Positions 13,701 to 25,100 of a DNA stretch of 64,000 nt are shown here, piece after piece. The position numbers and the translations under genes were made by a program. The notes beneath the pieces are model-generated. The model was not told the origin of the DNA, searched no databases, and saw nothing but the letters and a program-made list of their open reading frames with translations. The number at the start of each line of letters is the position of its first letter. The stretch's first letter is position 1. This DNA is from Macrostomum hystrix (taxonomy: Eukaryota > Animalia > Platyhelminthes), in assembly GCA_950097015.1 (NCBI GenBank), contig CATNEN010000015.1, positions 1,550,001-1,614,000 on the forward strand. The letters are read 5' to 3'.

Positions 13701-16617
13701 AGAGGGCGAGGATAGGTAGATTAGGGGGCGAGGATAGGTAGATTAAAAGGCGAGGATAGGTAGATTAGAGGGCGAGGATAGGTAGATTAGAGGGCGAGGA
13801 TAGGTAGATTAGGGGGCGAGGATAGGTAGATTAAAAGGCGAGGATAGGTAGATTAGTGGGTGAGGATAAGTCGATTAGACCGCGAGTATGTGTAGATTAA
13901 ATGGCGAGGATGTGTAGATTAAATGGCGAGGATGTGTAGATTAAATGGCGAGGATGTGTAGATTAAATGGCGAGGATGTGTAGATTAAATGGCGAGGATG
14001 TGTAGATTAAATGGCGAGTATGTGTAGATTAAATGACGAGTATGTGTAGATTAAATGGCGAGGATGTGTAGATTAAAAGGCGAGGATGTGTAGATTAAAT
14101 GGCGAGGATGTGTAGATTAAAAGGCGAGTATGTGTAGATTAAATGGCGAGTATGTGTAGATTAAATGGCGAGGATGTGTAGATTAAATGGCGAGTATTTG
14201 TAGATTAAATGACGAGTATGTGTAGATTAAAAGGCGAGTATGTGTAGATTAAATAGCGAGGATGTGTAGATTAAATGGCGAGGATGTGTAGATTAAATGG
14301 CGAGTATTTGTAGATTAAATGGCGAGTATGTGTAGATTAAATGGCGAGGATGTGTAGATTAAATGGCGAGTATTTGTAGATTAAATGACGAGTATGTGTA
14401 GATTAAATGGCGAGTATGTGTAGATTAAATGGCGAGGATGTGTAGATTAAATGGCGAGGATGCGTAGATTAAATGGCGAGGATGTGTAGATTAAATGGCG
14501 ATGATGTGTAGATTAAATGGCGAGGATGTGTAGATTAAATGGCGAGGATGTGTAGATTAAATGGCGAAGATGTGTAGATTAAATGGCGAGGATGTGTAGA
14601 TTAAATGGCGAGGATGTGTAGATTAAATGGCGAGGATGTGTAGATTAAATGGCGAGGATGTGTAGATTAAATGGCGAGGATGTGTAGATTAAATGGCGAG
14701 GATGTGTAGATTAAATGGCGAGGATGTGTAGATTAAATGGCGAGGATGTGTAGATTAAGTGGCGAGGATGTGTAGATTAAATGGCGAGGATGTGTAGATT
14801 AAATGGCGAGGATGTGTAGATTAGAGGGCAGGCGAGAAGGCGGGGGACAGTACTCTTAAATGCTTCATCGTGACCACCCCCCATCCGCCAACAGGGCCGC
14901 GGCAACTTCGAGAAGGTGCACAGCATCTACCGCAAGCTGGTGAATGTGGACAGCATTGATCCAACGCTGCCCTACATTCAGTACATGAAGTTCGCTAGGC
15001 GCAAGGAGGGCATTAAATCCGCTAGGAATGTGTTCAAGCTGGCCCGCTCAGATCCGCACTGCACCTACCACGTGTTCGCGGCGGCCGCTCTCATGGAGTA
15101 TTTCTGCAGCAAGGACCCGGCGCTGGGCCAGAGAATCTTTGATCTGGGCATGAAACGATTCGGCCAGGTGCCCGAGTACGTGCTCTGCTACACAGAGTAC
15201 ATGGCCCACCTCAATGACGACAACAACACCCGCGTGCTGTTTGAGCGAGCCCTGGCTACTGGCGCTGTGCCCCCAGAGAAGAGCCGGGTGATCTGGGCCA
15301 AGTTCCTGGAGTTTGAGACCAGTATCGGGGACCTGGCCAGTGTGCTCAAAGTCGAGCGCCGACGACTGCAGGCCTTCCAGGGTGTGGAGGTGTTCCGCGG
15401 CAAGGAGACCGCCCTGCTGATCGACCGGTGAGTGCTGCTGCTGAATTAACTCCCCTCCTCCGTCCTCTCAATTCTTCCCTTATTCGTTTCCTGATTCTCT
15501 ACCCTTGTTCAGGGGGGTGAGTGGCAGAGCAGTCTAACGCGTCTGCCTCTCGTACCAAGGTCCCTGGACTCGATTCCGCGGCGAGGCCACATTCATTTGG
15601 GGCGCAGCCGCGGAGAGAAGGCTTGGGGGCTTGTCGTGCAATTTGCGCCCTCCAGGGCCAACCTCCAAGGCACAGTGAGAGTGTACACTGCCTGTCGATG
15701 AGAAAGTGGGGGCAGATGTACACACCTGTGTGAGTGTGTGCTCAGGAGTCAGCGGAATGGGAGAATTGCCTACATGATATAAACGTACCAGTGCCCACAC
15801 CCCCCGTTGCAAATTATATTATTTTTACCATCAGTCTTCATCATCCAAGCATTCTATCCCATTTATCTTATGCGTATTTGATTCCAATCCCAAATCACTC
15901 CCCGAATTCTCCCAACTCCCCAGCTACAAGTTCATGGAGCTGTTCCCCTGCTCGGAGAGCGAGCTGCGCTCCCTGGGCTACACGGACCTGGCCAAGCTGT
16001 CCCTGGCCGGCCTCAGCAACCCCGCCATCAGCGGCCTGGCCGCGGCTGCCGGCATGGACGGTCCGTTCTGGCTGCAGCACTCGCGCGATCTGGCCACCAA
16101 GAAGTCGACGGGAGCGGCATTCGCCAAGCCCGACTTCAGCCAGATGCTTCCGTTCCGCCCGCGCGCCCATCCGCGCACCGACTCCCACCCGGTGCCCGGC
16201 GGAGAGTTCCCGCTACCACCGGCTGCCTCCCACCTAGTTCGAATCCTGCCTCCGCCCACCTGCTTCCGCGGACCCTTCGTCAATGTGGACCAGCTGATGG
16301 AACAGATGGCGCTGCTGCCCGTGCCGGAGGACTACGTGCGCAGGCAGTACTCGGCCGAGGACCGCCAGATCGACCAGGGCACGGCCTTCAGCATCGAGGT
16401 GGCCACCAGCGGCCTGCCCGGCGGCATCAAGCGGAGGAATCTTTTCCCACCGGATGCCCACCTGTCATTCATGCTGCCGCCGCCACCGCCGACTGTGGAT
16501 CCCGCTGATCCCACCATCATGCCCGTGGAGGGCGACTCGGCCGCTGGGGGCGGCGGCGGCGGCGGCGCCCCGGCTGACACCTACCGGCACCGACTGCAGA
16601 AAAGGATTAAAACCTGA
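4786..16617 (+). CDS. CSTF3: Cleavage stimulation factor 77 kDa subunit (CstF-77 / suppressor of forked), HAT-repeat protein, about 751 aa
   Basis: Exons 4786-4797 (MDRS, tentative), 6796-6987, 7084-7116, 10451-10660, 11390-11747, 12861-12970, 13060-13173, 14895-15427, 15924-16617; all GT-AG and phase-consistent. The peptides [84 protein letters not shown] and [10 protein letters not shown] match CstF-77 as recalled. Confidence 0.96.
4881..6746. repeat. CSTF3 intron 1 pyrimidine-rich 21/22-bp minisatellite with a higher-order period of about 490-511 bp
   Basis: Unit CTCATTCTCTCCCCTATTCTG. A variant block recurs at about 4911, 5422, 5912 and 6402. Confidence 0.97.
7197..10285. repeat. CSTF3 intron 3 purine-rich 21-bp minisatellite, two domains
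   Basis: GGAGAATGGATATGGGGATTA up to about 8520, then GGAGAATGGATATAGGGAGTT. Confidence 0.97.
10700..11380. repeat. CSTF3 intron 4 21-bp minisatellite
   Basis: Unit TTCAAAACTGCCATTCCAATC, degenerating 3'-ward. Confidence 0.95.
11810..12805. repeat. CSTF3 intron 5 23-bp minisatellite
   Basis: Unit ATCTAGAATACCCTTATCTAGTC and variants. Confidence 0.96.
13255..14830. repeat. CSTF3 intron 7 22-bp minisatellite, two domains
   Basis: GATTAGAGGGCGAGGATAGGTA up to about 13860, then GATTAAATGGCGAGGATGTGTA. Confidence 0.96.
15512..15826 (+). mobile_element. tRNA-derived SINE family A, copy 1 (CSTF3 intron 8)
   Basis: A-box TGGCAGAGCAG and B-box GACTCGATTCC. Body homologous to 48246-48586 and 55605-55952. 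Confidence 0.85.
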
Positions 16618-17034
16618 CCTAGTTTGCCTGCTCTATTTTTCTCTGAATTCATTGTAAGCGACTCTGTGGGCCTTGACTGGGTTAAAATAATGTTAGCGGA
16701 TTTCAAAATCTCATGAGACCAAAATTAATGAGATTGAATGAAATCTCCTGAAACAAGTTGACAAAATCTTTGCTGATCCAGTGTAGGGATAGCCCGCAGC
16801 CCTTCTAATCTAATTGCAGCTTGTACTGTACTGTAAGTAGTATATAATTCCTGCTAATGTTCTAGGGCAGTTCTGTGTCTCATTCTTGTCATGCCGGTGT
16901 TCCATAGTCATTTAATTACAGGCATATTTCCTAATTTCGTAATTTCCAATGCAAGTGCTTTGTTCAAATTATTTGCTATTGCTACCACCTTATGAGTAGT
17001 AAGTAGAGCGTGTTACAATTTAACTAGTTCAGTT

Positions 17035-17040
17035 AATAAA
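17035..17040 (+). terminator. Candidate CSTF3 polyadenylation signal AATAAA
   Basis: Canonical hexamer about 420 nt after the stop codon, followed by T/GT-rich sequence. Confidence 0.45.
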
Positions 17041-17331
17041 CCGAATAAGCATACCTTATGAAAACAATGATTTGTTTAAACTTTTGCGCGTCTAGTTGAA
17101 TATTCTCTTATTGTTTTATTAAGCTCAGTCTTACTCATAAGACCCTTACCTTAGACTGGTAAGGAAGGGTCTTAATTGCTTATTAATGTACTATAGAATC
17201 AATACGGATTCGCACTGCAGGTTTATACAGAGCAATATGCTAGTTGTCTGGTTTTTCTACTGTCAGTAGAAAGCAAAGTTTTTCTCTGCTTTTAGTTTTC
17301 TTGCAACGCATTCAGTGCCTACTCCTGCCTA

Positions 17332-17824
17332 CGAGCGGTCAGGAATGTTTGGTAATCACATGTCTCGCTAATCACAGCGACGGTAATGCTTGGATCCTCG
17401 TCCACCAGAGCCCTGACAGCAGCGATGTTGGCTTCGGTCACAGCTGTGCTGGGTCGTCGTTCAAGGAGTTCCGTCCGGCGTTGATGGACTCTATCCACCT
17501 GGGGACCGTGCGATAGGAAGGGGCTTGGTCCCCGACTACCTGGACCAGGTCTGCATGGATTTTGACCGCGCTTTCTCCGAGTCGTGAGCGCATGAAAACG
17601 TAGAATCGCCACTGGTCTGGTTGCACGGGCTCCATTTTTGACAGAGTGTAAAACACCACCTTGCGTTGGCCACGCGCAAGTGTAGCACATTCGAGTGAAG
17701 AAAGTCATACTCTATGGTTAAAACCAATATATGTCTGCGATTTCGTACAAAAAATTTTAACGCTTTGTGATGTGTACTTTTGGAGATATTGGGTCAGTTG
17801 CCAAAACTTTTTGAATGCCCCTCG
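17332..17824 (-). mobile_element. Internally deleted mariner (Tc1/mariner) element with a frameshifted transposase N-terminus
   Basis: Minus-strand peptide MEPVQPDQWRFYVFMRSRLGESAVKIHADLVQVVGDQAPSYRTVPRWIESINAGRNSLNDDP / PSTAVTEANIAAVRALVDEDPSITVAVISET resembles the mariner double-HTH region. The 5' end is TA|CGAGGGGCATTCAAAAAGTTTTGG, the other end is the degenerate TA|CGAGCGGTCAGGAATGTTTGG, and TA lies on both flanks. Confidence 0.82.
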
Positions 17825-18010
17825 TAGTGGTCAGGGGGTTCGATTCTCGACTCCACTGTAACAATCTGTGTCCTTTAGCATGACACTTAACTCTGCATTG
17901 CTTCAGTTCACCCAGCTGTTAAATAGGTACCAGGTGGGGCGTCCCCCAGTCCATGGACTGAACATCCGTACGCAGCCTTCCGATGCGCCACGCTATAGCA
18001 GCGGCTGTTC
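17825..18010 (+). mobile_element. tRNA-derived SINE family B copy with a CORE-like central domain
   Basis: GGGGTTCGATTCTC B-box-like head. 17868-17931 GTGTCCTTTAGCATGACACTTAACTCTGCATTGCTTCAGTTCACCCAGCTGTTAAATAGGTACC aligns by eye to the recalled CORE/MIR consensus. The downstream GTCCATGGACTGAAC is shared with 53704. Confidence 0.65.
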
Positions 18011-18824
18011 TGTCGGCTGCACACCTGGCTCAATTATATATTATTATTGTAGGCTGCACGAGTCGTTAGAGGGTCGTCCAGGGGGTCTAGACGCATTCAC
18101 ACTAGTATAGCGAAATGCAGATTCCTGTAGTTCAAACCGAAATCTAAATCAGCTTTGAATACGAAAATACGAAACAATATCAGCACGCAGTGATTTATTT
18201 ACCTTGTGCACACGAGTTCTCAACTATAATAAGGCACTTATTTATCAATCTTGAAGTCCTCTTTATTTCTGGCTTGAGTTGCAGCAATCAATTAATTTAA
18301 TCAGAACAGGGACAATTTTTTTTTAACAATTGAAAAAAATCTTTTAGGCGCGATTAAACAATAGCTGGTTCATAAACAAAAGAAAATAATTTGCTATCAC
18401 ATTGTTAGTTGGACAAGATAACCTAGTAATTGTTGGATAAGGTCTAGAATCCTGTAATTTTCACCTATTTTAGAAATCAATCTGTCTTTTTAGTAGTTTT
18501 TGCAGCTAAAGCCGATCTTGTCAAACCAGCCTGCGCTTCTTAGCTAAGGAATGTTTTATTGTTTAGCGTGACACAAATTACGGTATTTTCACCCGAAATC
18601 CATTGGGTGCAGAGACATCTGCATTGGGTGCAGTGGGGATCTGGAACAAGGGGAACCTGTCAACCGGGGGAAGCGGAAGAAAAAATAAATTTCAGTCGGT
18701 TTTTTTAACAAAAAAAACTAGAAAAAAATAATTTATAGCCAGGAAATCACAGCGGGGCCATTCTGTGTCCCTTTATCTTACAGTACGAGTCTCAGTCAAA
18801 TTTCTGCAGCTCTTTCACCAGCGC

Positions 18825-19180
18825 TCACTTGCAGCTGCGGCAGCCGCAGGCCTGGATCACCTGGTACTTGAAGGTCCTGGTGGCTCCACCAGCTGAAATG
18901 CGAGTTCGGAGAAACGCGATGATGAATGACCGGCTTGAACTACAAGGCTAAGCCAGAACTAAACTAAACTAAGATCATCACTCACGGCAAGACAGCAGGG
19001 TCTCCATGGTGACGGTGGCGGTCGGTTGGCAGCAGGCGCACTGACTGACCAGCATGCCGGTGGTCTCGCTGACGTAGGCGCCGCTGGAACAGCCACCGGC
19101 GCAGGCGGTCAGAGCAATTGCCTTGGCGGACACGCAGTCGCCCAGTCGGAGCTGCTTGGCTTCCGTGGCCACCGGCTTGC
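18825..19180 (-). other. C-terminal cystine knot (CTCK) of the giant mucin
   Basis: CKPV...CVS...CAGGCSS...CACCQPT...LSC|PGGATRTFKYQVIQACGCRSCK*, completed by a final 68-nt exon that the ORF track misses. Confidence 0.9.
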
Positions 19181-22100
19181 AACTTGAAGGCGCCTCGGTG
19201 GTTGTAGCGTTAGTAGTGGTCGTGGCAGCCAGGGTTGTTGTGGTGACGGCGGCGGTTTTGGTTGTGGTCGTGGCCGGTGTGGTCGTAGTGGTGGTCGTGC
19301 AGGTCTCGATCATCTCACAGACAACGTTGCCGGCAGCCAGGTTGCGCACAGCGTAGCCAGCCGGACAGGCGTAGCTGCAGTGGACGAAACCGGAGCGGAT
19401 ACACCTGGAGCCGACGTCGGTGATGTTACGCATGGACTCGGAGCCGCACGGCAGGCGGCAGAGGTGCAGAGTGCACATCGGCACGGTGGTGGTGGTAACG
19501 GCGGTGGTAGTTGTCGTGACTGGAGCAGTGGTAGTTGTCACCGGCTCGCAGTAGCAGCAGACATTGCCCTTCGGCGCCGGAGCCCTTCCGTTGGCGCAGG
19601 TGGCCGGGCAGGCGGTGACCTTCTCCACCAGCTTGGTATCGCCGGACGAGGTGCGCTGGCACTCGAGCGCCTTGCACGGGCCGTCGGACCACACGGAGTC
19701 GAGCGGGTGTTTCACACCGTTGTACTCGCAGTACTTGATTGGGACGCACTCGCAGCACTTGCCATCAGCCGGGTCGTCGTTCTTCATCACGTAGCCAGCC
19801 GGGCAGGAGGACAGGTGGCAGCCGGACTCCTTGCAGACGGCGCCCTTATCCTCTGTGCACTGGCAGATACGGCACTTGTCGCGCCAGGTCTTGCCGACCG
19901 GGTACTTCTCGCCGTCCTGCACGCACGGGCAGGTTGGCACGCACTTGCCTGTAGACTCGTCCATGTACATTCCTCTGGGACAGGCGCAACCAGGCTTGCA
20001 TGTTGCTAGGCAGGCGTCAGACATCTTGCGGTGCTTGCAGGTCTTGTGGCAGTCCTTGCACGGTGTCCACTCCATGCCGCCCGCTGAATGAGGGACAGTT
20101 GATTATTTTTTAGGTAAGATGTTCAGGTTTACTATTTACACTCATGTAAGGACCATTGGTACGATAATCTAGAAGTTATCTAAGCAACCAAGGCACCATG
20201 TGAGAATTCCCAGCTCAACTCACTGCAGTTGGAGCATCCCTCGCGCTCCGTGTTCACTTCGCGCACCAAGCCGCCGGCTGTGCACATGACGTCGGTGCAG
20301 TTCTTCTCGCTTGGAATCTTCTCGCCAATCTGTTAAAATTTATTTTCATGGTGAAAGTTCGAGTAAGCCGAGTCTTCTTCGTTTTAAGAGGCTGGAAAAA
20401 GTCGAGAACTTACCTTCAGCACACGGCTCTGAACGCTGTAGTAGCATGGGCACTCGGTGCGCGGGATGCACTTGCCGCTGCTGAGCACCATGCCCTCAGG
20501 ACAGGTGCAGCCCGGCATGCAGGCGGCGCCAGTCGGGCACTCAGTCTTGTCGCATGTCTTCACGCAAGTGCAGTTGGTTGGCACCATTGGCGACTTGCAC
20601 TCCGGTGGGCAGCCGTACACGCGGATGTTCAGTCCGGCAGCCAAGTCGGATCTAATGCGCTGGATGTTAACGCGAACTGCGAGCACATCGATGAGGTCCG
20701 CCTTCAGCAAGGCTAGCCGCACTCGCTGGTATTCGCCGAACTTGTCGCCCATGTTCCACAACCGAATGGCTCCCTTGGCATCCTTGACCGGGTTGAAGGC
20801 TCGGTTGTCGGAGCTAACATCAACGGACACTGAGCGAATGTTGTACGGGCTGATGTCGATGTGTGACAGCTGGACAATATCTCTGAACCGCACGCTGAAT
20901 GATGGGCTCGCATCGCTAGAAGACGATCGCCAGCCTGTTGAAGCAGGTGTCGCGTTGTCCACAGATCTGCCATCTTCAGTTGACGAAGCATCGAAGCGCA
21001 GGAAGAAGCCGCTCGAAACGTCGCTGACAACCTTGTCGCACACTGGAGGCGGCGTAGGAGCCAGGGTTGTGGTGATCAGCTCGGTTGTGGTTGTTACTGG
21101 CAATGTTGTTGTAGTCACAATCTTGGTGGTGGTTGTGATGGGAACTGTGGTGGTCGGCCTTGGCGATGTGCAAACGCCTGCTCGGCAGTTGCTCCAGATC
21201 TTGCCTCCCTTCATTGAGTCCCATCGACACTGGCACTCTCTGCAGTCGCCCATGTCGCACCATTCGTCCAGACGGATGTCAGTGATGGTTCCGTTTCTAA
21301 ATTTGCACTGGCAGGCCCTCAGACATGTGTCCGAGCTTGGGTACTTGACACAGTAGCCCTTCATGTTGTTTCGATATCCGGCTGGGCAGATTGATGAACC
21401 ACACTTTGACAGAATATTCTGGCACAGAGTGCTCGGGTTCTCTGGCTCTGAGAAGGTCAGAGATCTCATCTCATCGCATGTGACCTCCTTCAGGCAGTTG
21501 CTTGGAATTGGTGACTTGCAGTCAATTGGCGGTGTTGTGGTGCAGCCAGTTGTGTCCTTCACGCAGAACCGATCAACCTTGGAGTAGCCATCCGGGCAGC
21601 AGGTCACAGTCTTAGCAATGCACTCGAACTGCTCCGCGATCGAACCCTTGAAGTCAGTCAGCTGAACTGAGGCAGTGCCGCCTGGGGCTCGTAATTGAGC
21701 GTTTTTACCGCAGCCAAGATCCAGCAGACAGGTTTCTTTGCATGCTGAAGCGCTCGTTGTAGTTGTGGCTGCAGTTGTTGTAGTGGTTGTTGTTGTGGAC
21801 GTAGTTGTTGGCGTCGGTGTTGTTGTTGTAGTGGTTGGCTCGGGTGTTGTTGTTGTTGTCGGAGGCAGAGTTGTTGTCGTCGTTGGTGCAGGCGTGGTGG
21901 TAGTTGTTAGTTCTGGTGTTGTTGTTGTTGTCGGAACTGGTGTCGTAGTTGTTGTTGTTGCTGTAGTAGTAGTTGTTGTTGCGGGTGTTGTTGTCGTTGT
22001 TGGTGCAGGCGTGGTGGTGGTTGTTGTTGTTGGTGTTGTTGTTGTCGTTGTTGGTGCAGCCGTGGTGGTGGTTGTTGTTGTTGGTGTTGTTGTTGTCGTT

Positions 22101-25100
22101 GTTGGTGCAGGCGTGGTGGTGGTTGTTGTTGTTGGTGTTGTTGTTGTCGTTGTTGGTGCAGCCGTGGTGGTGGTTGTTGGTGTTGTTGTTGTCGTTGTTG
22201 GTGCAGGCGTGGTGGTGGTTGTTGTTATTTGCGGCGTTGTTGTTGTTGTTGAAACTTTAGGCGTGGATGTCTTGTCCTTAAGCATTTCAGTTACTGTAGT
22301 GATTGGAGTCGTTGCCGTCGTAACTGGTGTTGTGGTTGTTGTCGTTGGCTTGGGTGTTGTAGTAGTAGTTGTTGCTGCAGTAGTTGTTGGAGCCGGAGTA
22401 GTGGTTGTGGTTGTCGTCGTCGGCTTGGGTGTCGTGGTTGTTGTTGTAGTTGGTGCTAGTGTTGTTGTTGTTGCAGGAGCAGCTGTTGTTGTGAACCGCG
22501 GAATTGACGGTGGTGTAAATGGAGGCCTTTGCGTTACGGTTGAAGTTCCAGCGGTGTTTGTGTTGATTCCTGACAGTTTGCAGACCTTTAGGCTAATTGT
22601 CACAGTGACATCAGATGAAGTTGTATAGCTAAGGTTTGTGAACCTGATCTTCGTGATCTTGGCTCTTGGTGAAACTTCGAAAGTAAGTCCAGAAGAAATA
22701 GTTCCCTTCGGCTTGCCGACTTCATTAATTGGAGTCCAAGCAGTCTCGCCAGCATACGTATACTCGGCAACAACTGAGCCGGCCACGGACAAATCAACTC
22801 GAACCTGAAAGTTTTGAGAAATAGTGCTTAGATAATCAGGAATCGTCATTAGTAAAATAAAATGACTGTGTTGAAAGCTGAATACCCACCTGTGCCAGCT
22901 TAAGCCAGCTGTACATGCGGTCGGTCAGAATCTCAATGCTTGGAGACTTAACAGAAGATGGAATAGTCCACTTGTTTCCTGAGAACGATCCTCCATTGAC
23001 AGTGATGGCTGTCGCTGGGATGTACTGAATGTTATTTACAGCCTCCTCGAGAGTGTCACAGTCAATAACTGCTGTAGTCGTCACTGCCGCCTTTGTAGTT
23101 GTAGTTGTAGTTGTAGTTGTTGTTGGCTTCGGAGTTGTGGTAGCGGTAGTTGTGGTTGTGGTTGTCGGCTTTGGTGTCGTGGTGGTGGTTGTGGTGGTTG
23201 TCGGCTTTGGTGTCGTGGTGGTGGTTGTGGTGGTTGTCGGCTTTGGTGTCGTGGTGGTGGTTGTGGTGGTTGTCGGCTTTGGTGTCGTGGTGGTGGTTGT
23301 GGTGGTTGTCGGCTTTGGTGTCGTGGTTGTGGTTGGTGCAGGCGTGGTTGTTGTGGTTGTGGTTGGTGCAGGCGTGGTTGTAGTTGTTTTTGGCGCCGGC
23401 GCAGTAGTCGTTGTTGGCGCCACTGTGGTTGTTTTGATAGCGGCTGTTGTCGTCGGCTCTGGGACACAAAGGAATACTTCCAAGTGCACCTTAAAGTGTG
23501 TCTGTGTGACGTCCTTCGGCTCCTTCAGCAGAACCTTCAAAGACATGATTCGCGATGCTGACGGAATGTAGATGTCCTCATTGCCATTGATTCCAGCTGT
23601 TGTGGACTCAGGGAATCTGGTGTAAGACTTCTCCTTGTTGTACTGAACCATCAGGTAGGCTGTCTTGGCATTACCAACCAATCTGATCTTCTGAACGATC
23701 GGGGCGGAAGAGAGTAATGGGCTCTGCATCAGATCAACTGTGATCTCTGGATGGCTCGCGTTGGCAGCTGGCACGACCGCCTTCCAACCTCCTCTGTTTG
23801 GTCTGACGCTGGCAGCATCGAAAGCCTCGGACACTGGGCGAACTCGGATAGCACTGTCCGGGACGACTGATGGCTGTCCCATAACCTCCTGCATCGTGGA
23901 TCCCAGAGGGCAGACAGATGGTGCCGCGGTTGTCGTTGTTGACGGCTTCGGTGTTGTTGTAGTTGTTGTTGTGGCAGTTGTAGTTGTTGTTGTCGGCTTC
24001 GGTGTTGTTGTAGTTGTTGTTGTCGCCGTGGTAGTTGTTGTCGTCGGCTTTGGCGTTGTAGTTGTGGTTGTAGTTGTTGTCGGCTTTGGCGTTGTAGTTG
24101 TTGTGGTAGTTGTGGTTGTTGTCGGCTTTGGTGTAGTGGTGGTGGTTGTGGTGGTTGTCGGCTTTGGTGTCGTGGTGGTGGTTGTGGTGGTCGTCGGCTT
24201 TGGTGTCGTGGTGGTGGTCGTGGTGGTTGTCGGCTTTGGTGTCGTGGTTGTGGTTGGTGCAGGCGTGGTTGTTGTGGTTGTGGTTGGTGCAGGCGTGGTT
24301 GTAGTTGTTGTTGGCGCCGGCGCAGTAGTCGTTGTTGGCGCGACTGTGGTTGTTTTGATAGCGGCTGTTGTCGTCGGCTCTGGGACACAAAGGAATACTT
24401 CCAAGTGCACCTTAAAGTGTGTCTGTGTGACGTCCTTCGGCTCCTTCAGCAGAACCTTCAAAGACATGATTCGCGATGCTGACGGAATGTAGATGTCCTC
24501 ATTGCCATTGATTCCAGCTGTTGTGGACTCAGGGAATCTGGTGTAAGACTTCTCCTTGTTGTACTGAACCATCAGGTAGGCTGTCTTGGCATTACCAACC
24601 AATCTGATCTTCTGAACGATCGGGGCGGAAGAGAGTAATGGGCTCTGCATCAGATCAACTGTGATCTCTGGATGGCTCGCGTTGGCAGCTGGCACGACCG
24701 CCTTCCAACCTCCTCTGTTTGGTCTGACGCTGGCAGCATCGAAAGCCTCGGACACTGGGCGAACTCGGATGGCACTGTCCGGGACGACTGATGGCTGTCC
24801 CATAACCTCCTGCATCGTGGATCCCAGAGGGCAGACAGATGGTGCCGCGGTTGTCGTTGTTGTCGGCTTCGGTGTTGTTGTAGTTGTTGTTGTCGCCGTG
24901 GTAGTTGTTGTCGTCGGCTTTGGCGTTGTAGTTGTTGTTGTCGCCGTGGTAGTTGTTGTCGTCGGCTTTGGCGTTGTAGTTGTGGTTGTAGTTGTTGTCG
25001 GCTTTGGCGTTGTAGTTGTTGTGGTAGTTGTGGTTGTTGTCGGCTTTGGTGTAGTGGTGGTGGTTGTGGTGGTCGTCGGCTTTGGTGTCGTGGTGGTGGT

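Noticed and set aside
4881-14830. CRISPR-like arrays
   Set aside because: These are head-to-tail repeats with no unique spacers, in a eukaryotic intronic context with no cas genes.
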